From an uncultured Candidatus Saccharibacteria bacterium (GTDB lineage Bacteria; Patescibacteriota; Minisyncoccia; Phycocordibacterales; UBA9973), in contig CAYLKL010000001.1 in the NCBI GenBank assembly GCA_964384645.1, positions 70,856 through 134,371 on the forward strand: a DNA stretch of 63,516 bases, read 5' to 3'. The translations under genes were made by a program, and so were the position numbers. The stretch's first letter is position 1, and every line of letters begins with the position of its first letter. The notes below the pieces were generated by a model that did not search any database, was not told the origin of the DNA, and saw only the letters and a list, made by a program, of their open reading frames with translations. This document shows, piece after piece, positions 57,897-63,516 of this stretch.

Positions 57897-59504
57897 TTAT
57901 CTAGGCTCTACTCTTTTTATAAATTTAATTTTATTTTTGTACTCTGTAGTATTGTAAATTCCAACAGCATTGCCGGGTTCCCTACCGCTACCTCCGTGTG
58001 AGTCTGCTATTTTGCCATTGCCTACATATATAAGTACGTGGCGATTTCCAGATGTCCAACCGAGTAAGTCTCCTGGTTTTAGGGCTACCCCGTTTACTTC
58101 AGTGTTTGTTATTGAGTTTACACGTTCAGCATTACTAAAAATTGTTTGCGTTCCTCCATTAAATTCTTTATATCCAGAGTATCTTAGAACAAAATTAACA
58201 AATCCAGAGCAATCTAAACAAATAGTACCTGGTGGACAAAATGTTTTACAAGGTCCTATTGGAGGGCATTCTTTTGTTTCGTATTGGTATGGAGGGGGTG
58301 TTCCCTTTCCGCCAAATCGATAAGTTGTTTTGCCATTTAGTTTTGAAACTATAGAATAAACCAGATTTTCATTTGGAGTGCTCGGTATGTTGCAGTCTAT
58401 TCCAGTCGGACAACTAACCCCTGTTTGAGGAATTCCTACGTTCGTATCTCCAGAATATTCAATTTTAATTGTTTGTTTATCAAGTCTAAAATCAATTGTT
58501 ACAAGGTCTGGGTTTATTGTTATTAATATAAGATAAGACCCAAGTAATAGGACAAGCCCCTTTATTGCGTTTAGTATTTTTTTCTTACCTTCACCTTTTG
58601 AAATAAAAGAATCAGACATCATCCACTCTATTCCACCAAAAACAATCATAAATACAGCCATTGCAGCAGCGAGTCCAATAATAACTTTTATTAAATTGTT
58701 TACATAAGTACCAAGATTAAAGTCTGGACCAACCACGTTGCCTGGAACTACGCCAGGAATTGGCGCGAGTAACTCGTAACTATTGTCGTAACTGCTCGAT
58801 CCAGTTGTGAAAGGTGTTGGTGGTGGTGGCGTCGGTTCAAATGTTAGTTTGAAAAAACAGCGGCCGTTTGTTTCGTTTCCAGTTGTTGTTTTAAAATCAG
58901 CACGTGCTTGGTTGCAGGCTGTAATATCGTCATAGGGTCCTCTTTGGTCACTTGGGCCTGTTCCAAAGAAAAACCAAACAGCTTTTGCGTTTCCATAGTT
59001 TGTTCCAACAAATTCAAAATTTTCATCACAAAAAGCGTCACATTCGTATTTAAGCTCTCCGTTGGGTTTGCCCTCAGAAACATAGTTGTTTTCAACGTCG
59101 CCCTTTACTTCTATGTAAAAATAATCACAATCTAGGTTTGGCCTAATTTCGCATTCATCCTCTCCGGCCTTTAGTGTAATTTCCGTGAGGTTTGATGTAA
59201 TAACTTTTAATTTTAGGTTGTCTACCCCAGCAACCGCATCATCGTTTCCTATACCGTAATCATCTTCAAGTAAGCTTATGTCCAATTCTTTTCCGGAACA
59301 ATTTTCTGTTTCAATAACCATCTTTATCGTAGGCCTGTTCGTGTCAGAGTACCAAGCTTCAGGTTGTGTTCCCGCTGGTTGGAAATAAGCATTTTTTACA
59401 TTACACGGCGCCGTTGTAGATTGAGCGATTGAGGAATTATTAAAAGAAAGAAATAGTGTAAATATTCCTAAAACTATTAAACTAAAATTTAAAATCTTTT
59501 TCAT
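57897..59504 (-). CDS. CPR pilin (TrbC/VirB2-like) fused to an NlpC/P60 peptidase
   Basis: YELLAPIPG...GLAAAMAVFMIVFGGIEWM...INPDL, then YRFGG...LDCSGFV...PGDLL...HVLIYVG. Confidence 0.85.
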   Translation of the reverse strand: MKKILNFSLIVLGIFTLFLSFNNSSIAQSTTAPCNVKNAYFQPAGTQPEAWYSDTNRPTIKMVIETENCSGKELDISLLEDDYGIGNDDAVAGVDNLKLKVITSNLTEITLKAGEDECEIRPNLDCDYFYIEVKGDVENNYVSEGKPNGELKYECDAFCDENFEFVGTNYGNAKAVWFFFGTGPSDQRGPYDDITACNQARADFKTTTGNETNGRCFFKLTFEPTPPPPTPFTTGSSSYDNSYELLAPIPGVVPGNVVGPDFNLGTYVNNLIKVIIGLAAAMAVFMIVFGGIEWMMSDSFISKGEGKKKILNAIKGLVLLLGSYLILITINPDLVTIDFRLDKQTIKIEYSGDTNVGIPQTGVSCPTGIDCNIPSTPNENLVYSIVSKLNGKTTYRFGGKGTPPPYQYETKECPPIGPCKTFCPPGTICLDCSGFVNFVLRYSGYKEFNGGTQTIFSNAERVNSITNTEVNGVALKPGDLLGWTSGNRHVLIYVGNGKIADSHGGSGREPGNAVGIYNTTEYKNKIKFIKRVEPR

Positions 59505-60527
59505 TTAATTTCCTAAAACACTAATGTTTAAACTCCTGGTAGCCTTTTGGAAAATTTTCCCAAGGTTTGAAACTTCTAGTTGTATGTTTGATAAACCACT
59601 CCCCCCATCTCCTCTTACAATTATAAAACTTTTATAAGGTGGAGTTTCGATTGTTGTTCCATTAACTTTCCAGTTGTATTTTAAAGTTGGGTCGTTTTTG
59701 TTTTTTGGAGTTATAAAAAATGGTTCAGCTATTAGGTTGAAGTCATTTTGACCAACACTTACGCCATCATTCAATGCGTTCCAGAAATCAATACCTAGAC
59801 CATCTTTTTTTTGGTAGAACAGTATGATCGGGTTGTAAAATAGTAAATCTGTTTTTGCAGAAGAAACATAAGCGCCAGTAGAGTCTGTTGCCCTTACTTC
59901 TATTTTTTCGACTTGTTTTAGTGGGTCGTTTCTAAATGAGAAACTCTGTTTAGAAAAACCAGAAGAATTTGGAACATTGTCAAAATTTCGCTTCCAGCTA
60001 AAAGTTAGGTTTTTTTGAGAAGTAGTTGTTTGGTTCTTTCTATTAGGGATGGCTGTTATTTCAAGCAACGACTCTCTTGTCGGTAAAATTTTTCCTTTGT
60101 AGAGACTGTTCGTGTATCCATCGACTGTTTCCCATAGTATATCTATACTAGAAGGTTCTATTGTTACAGTTTTCTCGATCTGTAGTCCAGTACTTATATC
60201 TACTATTTTTGCTGTTACTGTTGTTTTTTTACCTAAAGGTCCTGTTGTTATAAGTAATTCCTTTAGCCCGGTTCCAGATCTTTCGATTTTGCCATCTATT
60301 CTCCACTCTATTTGTGTGTTATCTAAATTAACAAGAAAACTAGAAAGACTAATTTTTACTTCTTGGTTTTCTTCTGGAACTTCTGGGTTCATACTTATTG
60401 AGATATCGTTATCGTCTATAGCGGCGATATTTTGAGCTGTCGCATTTCCATAAAAAACAAAAAAAGAAAATAGTGCGAAAAATATAATTAAATTTCGTTT
60501 ATACATTACGTTTATTTTATCACGCAT
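59505..60527 (-). CDS. Secreted Ig-like repeat protein
   Basis: Signal peptide, PEVPEENQEVKISLSS, W..DG, LFYKGK-like LYKGK, and YNWKVNG. Confidence 0.75.
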   Translation of the reverse strand: MRDKINVMYKRNLIIFFALFSFFVFYGNATAQNIAAIDDNDISISMNPEVPEENQEVKISLSSFLVNLDNTQIEWRIDGKIERSGTGLKELLITTGPLGKKTTVTAKIVDISTGLQIEKTVTIEPSSIDILWETVDGYTNSLYKGKILPTRESLLEITAIPNRKNQTTTSQKNLTFSWKRNFDNVPNSSGFSKQSFSFRNDPLKQVEKIEVRATDSTGAYVSSAKTDLLFYNPIILFYQKKDGLGIDFWNALNDGVSVGQNDFNLIAEPFFITPKNKNDPTLKYNWKVNGTTIETPPYKSFIIVRGDGGSGLSNIQLEVSNLGKIFQKATRSLNISVLGN

Positions 60528-60557
60528 TTTATTCGTTTGCGAACAAAAAAGTAGTAC

Positions 60558-62381
60558 TTAACCCCCAGAAGCTTCTAGTTCTTCTTTTGATTTTTTTATT
60601 GCCAAAATTTGAGATGGGTCAGATGTTATTATTTGATCTTCTGTATATGAGGCAACAATTTGTATTGCCACATGCTTTAGCCCTGCAAAGAAAATTCCCT
60701 CACCTACTCCAGACTCTAGTAGTAGATATTTTTCTTCGTCTGTTAGGTTAAATGTCTTCTGAAGAACTTCCATGGTAGACGGAGATTGTTTAAGGAGTAT
60801 TTGAATTGAAGAGTTGGTTACAATAGGTACTCCATAGGGGCTTTTCATAAAGTCTCCAACGTCTTGAGTGATAGTACAAAGACCTAGGAAGTATTTTCGC
60901 CCCCTTTTGGCGATGGAATATAGAAAAGAGGCCGTGTCTTCAGATTTCATCATCCACCAAGCCTCGTCAACAACCAGAAGACGTTTTTTTAGTGTTCGTC
61001 GAACTGCATTCCAGATGAAGTGTGTGACTATATACATAGCTACAGGCTTTAGTTCGTCTTCCATGTCTCTAACAGAAAAGACTATAAATTTTTTGTTTAT
61101 ATCAACATTTGTAGGCTGGTTTATGAAAGTTGACCAACTTCCTCTTGTAAATTTTTGAAGTCGGGCAAGTATAGACTCAGAGCCTTCCATTCCAGAGAGA
61201 ACCATTTCAAAATCTGATAGGAGTGGTGGCTCTACGTTTGCAAAGTCTGATTCTGGGGTAATGTCTTTTATTGCGTAAGTTTCAGTAATAGCTCGGTCTA
61301 CAATAGAATCTTCTTCTGGAGTAAGGCCTCCAAGCATTATTCTAAAGAGACCAACTAGGTTGATTATGTTTGATCTCAAAACATCAGCCGCTGTCTCATC
61401 CTCTTTTGGGACAGGTAGGTCAAAAGGGTTTATGTGATGTTCTGATGAAAGTGAAATATTAAAATATCTACCACCAACAGCTTCAGATAAGTATTCATAT
61501 TCCCTTTCAGGGTCGATAACAATAACTTCAGTGTCGAACATTAAAGTTCGCAAAATTTCTAGTTTTGTTGCGTAAGATTTTCCAGAACCAGATTTTGCAA
61601 AAATTATAGAATTGTAGTTTTCAAGAGAAAATCTATCAAACAAAACAAGTGAAGAATTATGTCTGTTTATTCCGTACAAAATACCCTTGTCAGAATTGAG
61701 GTCAAAAGAAACAAATGGAAAAATAGAAGAAATTGGCGCGGTGTTTAGTTTTTGATGAACGGCAAGTTCGTCTGTTCCGGTTGGAATTGTAGATTTAAAA
61801 CCTTCAACTTGTTGGTAAAGTGCAGGTTTTATATATACTAGTTTTGATTCAAGTCTTGATTTTATTTCATTCTCAACTTTGTATAATTCTTCCTCTTTGT
61901 CTGCGTAGATGGTTATATATACACCAGCGTCAAAAAGTTTCTCTTCTGCCATTTGAAGCGAGTCTCTAAGTTCTTCAAGATTCCTAAATGCAGTATCAAG
62001 TAGAGGGTCTCGAACAAGACCTTTTTCTTCACGAACCATTATTTGACTTTGAACTTCGGCAACTTTTTTCTGGAAAGCCCGAAGAGCTTGAGAGGTATCT
62101 ACTGGGTGAACAAAAATTGATATATCGAATATTCTCTCCATGTTTATAATTGGAGTAAACCAATCTTCAGAAAGAGTGCTCGGGAAAGAAATAATGAAAT
62201 AAGTCCTAAGTATTTTGTCTCCAAGTCTTAGGTATCGAGGTTCTATTTTAAGAGCTTCGGGAGCAATTAGGTCTTCAAAACTCAAAGATGCAGCTCTGTA
62301 CATTTCAGCAGGCAAAACAGGCACAGGTATTGTGCTCGCTTCCCCTTTTTTCTTTCCGAATAATGAATCAAAAATTCCCAT
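60558..62381 (-). CDS. VirB4-like ATPase
   Basis: AKSGSGKS, VIDPEREY, INPFD, VDEAW, KRGRKY, and TQD. Confidence 0.92.
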   Translation of the reverse strand: MGIFDSLFGKKKGEASTIPVPVLPAEMYRAASLSFEDLIAPEALKIEPRYLRLGDKILRTYFIISFPSTLSEDWFTPIINMERIFDISIFVHPVDTSQALRAFQKKVAEVQSQIMVREEKGLVRDPLLDTAFRNLEELRDSLQMAEEKLFDAGVYITIYADKEEELYKVENEIKSRLESKLVYIKPALYQQVEGFKSTIPTGTDELAVHQKLNTAPISSIFPFVSFDLNSDKGILYGINRHNSSLVLFDRFSLENYNSIIFAKSGSGKSYATKLEILRTLMFDTEVIVIDPEREYEYLSEAVGGRYFNISLSSEHHINPFDLPVPKEDETAADVLRSNIINLVGLFRIMLGGLTPEEDSIVDRAITETYAIKDITPESDFANVEPPLLSDFEMVLSGMEGSESILARLQKFTRGSWSTFINQPTNVDINKKFIVFSVRDMEDELKPVAMYIVTHFIWNAVRRTLKKRLLVVDEAWWMMKSEDTASFLYSIAKRGRKYFLGLCTITQDVGDFMKSPYGVPIVTNSSIQILLKQSPSTMEVLQKTFNLTDEEKYLLLESGVGEGIFFAGLKHVAIQIVASYTEDQIITSDPSQILAIKKSKEELEASGG

Positions 62382-62451
62382 TTTTATGTTTCTGTTATAT
62401 ATAGTATATCGTATTTAGGGCAATTGATTAGTTTATAACTTTATAAATAAT

Positions 62452-63093
62452 CTATTTTTCTACTATTCCCCGCGCATTATCTCCGGGGTTAAAAGATTTA
62501 TGGAATAGTTCAACTAATTCGTCGCTACCAAGTTGCACAGCACGAACACCAACTCTTTTTAGTCCTGAAATAATAACAGCAAGTCTTTGTTCTAATTGGC
62601 TTCTTTTTTCTTCAAAAACGGCCGCTTCGTCTTCTTTTTCCTTTTTAGCGTCTGTTTTTTTGAATGGGTTTGAGGGTAATATGCTAGACATACTTGTGTT
62701 TGATAAAGAAGAAGTATAAGGAACTATTATATAAAATCTCTTTTGCATAATATTGTGAGTGTCAGTGAAACCTCTTATGAATTCTATATATTCTCGAATT
62801 TGAACTTTCATTAGTGGTTCTAATTCTTCTTTTTGTCTGTCGTCTAGGACAGATAGGTAAGGCAATATGTCGTAGCGCCTTGATTGAGTTAGTATTTGTA
62901 AAGAAAAATCTATGGAATTTAGGAAAGCTTGATAGTTATAGTAAAGGGCTTGGCGCTCGTCGTAAGATTTTAAGGCCATATTAACAGAAGAAGCAAGAAG
63001 TACAGCTCGAATTCCTCCGTCTTTTAGTACGATCAATCCGTCGCGGATTTCTTTTATGGGTACAAATTCTTGGGTTGGTCTTGAGCTTGGCAT
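62452..63093 (-). CDS. VirB4-associated (TraC/TcpE-like) protein
   Basis: TQEFVPIKEIRDG...SVNMALKS.DER, conserved position between PrgI and VirB4. Confidence 0.7.
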   Translation of the reverse strand: MPSSRPTQEFVPIKEIRDGLIVLKDGGIRAVLLASSVNMALKSYDERQALYYNYQAFLNSIDFSLQILTQSRRYDILPYLSVLDDRQKEELEPLMKVQIREYIEFIRGFTDTHNIMQKRFYIIVPYTSSLSNTSMSSILPSNPFKKTDAKKEKEDEAAVFEEKRSQLEQRLAVIISGLKRVGVRAVQLGSDELVELFHKSFNPGDNARGIVEK

Positions 63094-63094
63094 A

Positions 63095-63511
63095 TTATTC
63101 TTCGGTTGGTTTGTTTATGTCTTGGACGTCTAGATTCCAAGAAAGGTCTTTTAATTTACTATTTGATAATTTCGGTATGAAACTTTTTATATCTCCCGGA
63201 TCAAGGTCTGATGTTTTTGTTTCTTTCTTCGGTTCACTCTTTTTCCAAAGGTATAACTTGCTTTGTAGTTTGTATGTTACCCATGCGTTCACTATGAAAA
63301 TAAAAGGTTTTCCATTTATTTTGTAAAAAGCTAAAGCCAAAGAAAGAAGGACTATTGGAGCGCCAACAATAAAAGCTAGAAAGCCTGGTAGAAATCTGAA
63401 AATTATATAAACCATCCCTGCCCCTCCACCTAAATAAGCAAATTGTTTAAAAGTAAGAGGCCCAAAAAGTTTATCTTCAACGTCTATGAATTGAGGAACT
63501 TTAAATTGCAT
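63095..63511 (-). CDS. PrgI family protein
   Basis: QFKVPQFIDVEDKLFGPLTFKQF, two TMs, and KINGKPF. Confidence 0.88.
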   Translation of the reverse strand: MQFKVPQFIDVEDKLFGPLTFKQFAYLGGGAGMVYIIFRFLPGFLAFIVGAPIVLLSLALAFYKINGKPFIFIVNAWVTYKLQSKLYLWKKSEPKKETKTSDLDPGDIKSFIPKLSNSKLKDLSWNLDVQDINKPTEE

Positions 63512-63516
63512 GACAT

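Overview
This is an AT-rich bacterial chromosome segment whose gene content (PilM/N/O-like cluster, GspE/PilB ATPase, VirB4/PrgI/pilin locus, VKOR/DsbB, many orphan surface proteins) points to Patescibacteria/CPR, Parcubacteria-like (inference). It spans the origin region (dnaN-dnaA-rpmH-rnpA-yidD-yidC-jag). It also holds 7 tRNA genes, ruvA/B/C/X, polA, tyrS, a class A PBP, an ECF sigma/anti-sigma pair, and a Fur-family metal and disulfide locus. No integrase, transposase or CRISPR array was seen. The main unexplained signal is non-coding. Four tRNA genes are followed by antisense copies of their own 3' ends, and in three of them (His, Ser, Arg-GCG) a near-identical 25-nt hairpin sits exactly at the position 65/66 junction of the antisense copy. 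Other notable items are: six tRNA genes ending N73-CA instead of CCA; a second family of ~185-bp palindromic elements with compensatory stems; a membrane fatty-acid desaturase; a standalone ADP-ribosyltransferase-like gene next to a nucleotidyltransferase; a CPR pilin fused to an NlpC/P60 peptidase; widespread leaderless-type starts; and broken dnaA and mutM reading frames.
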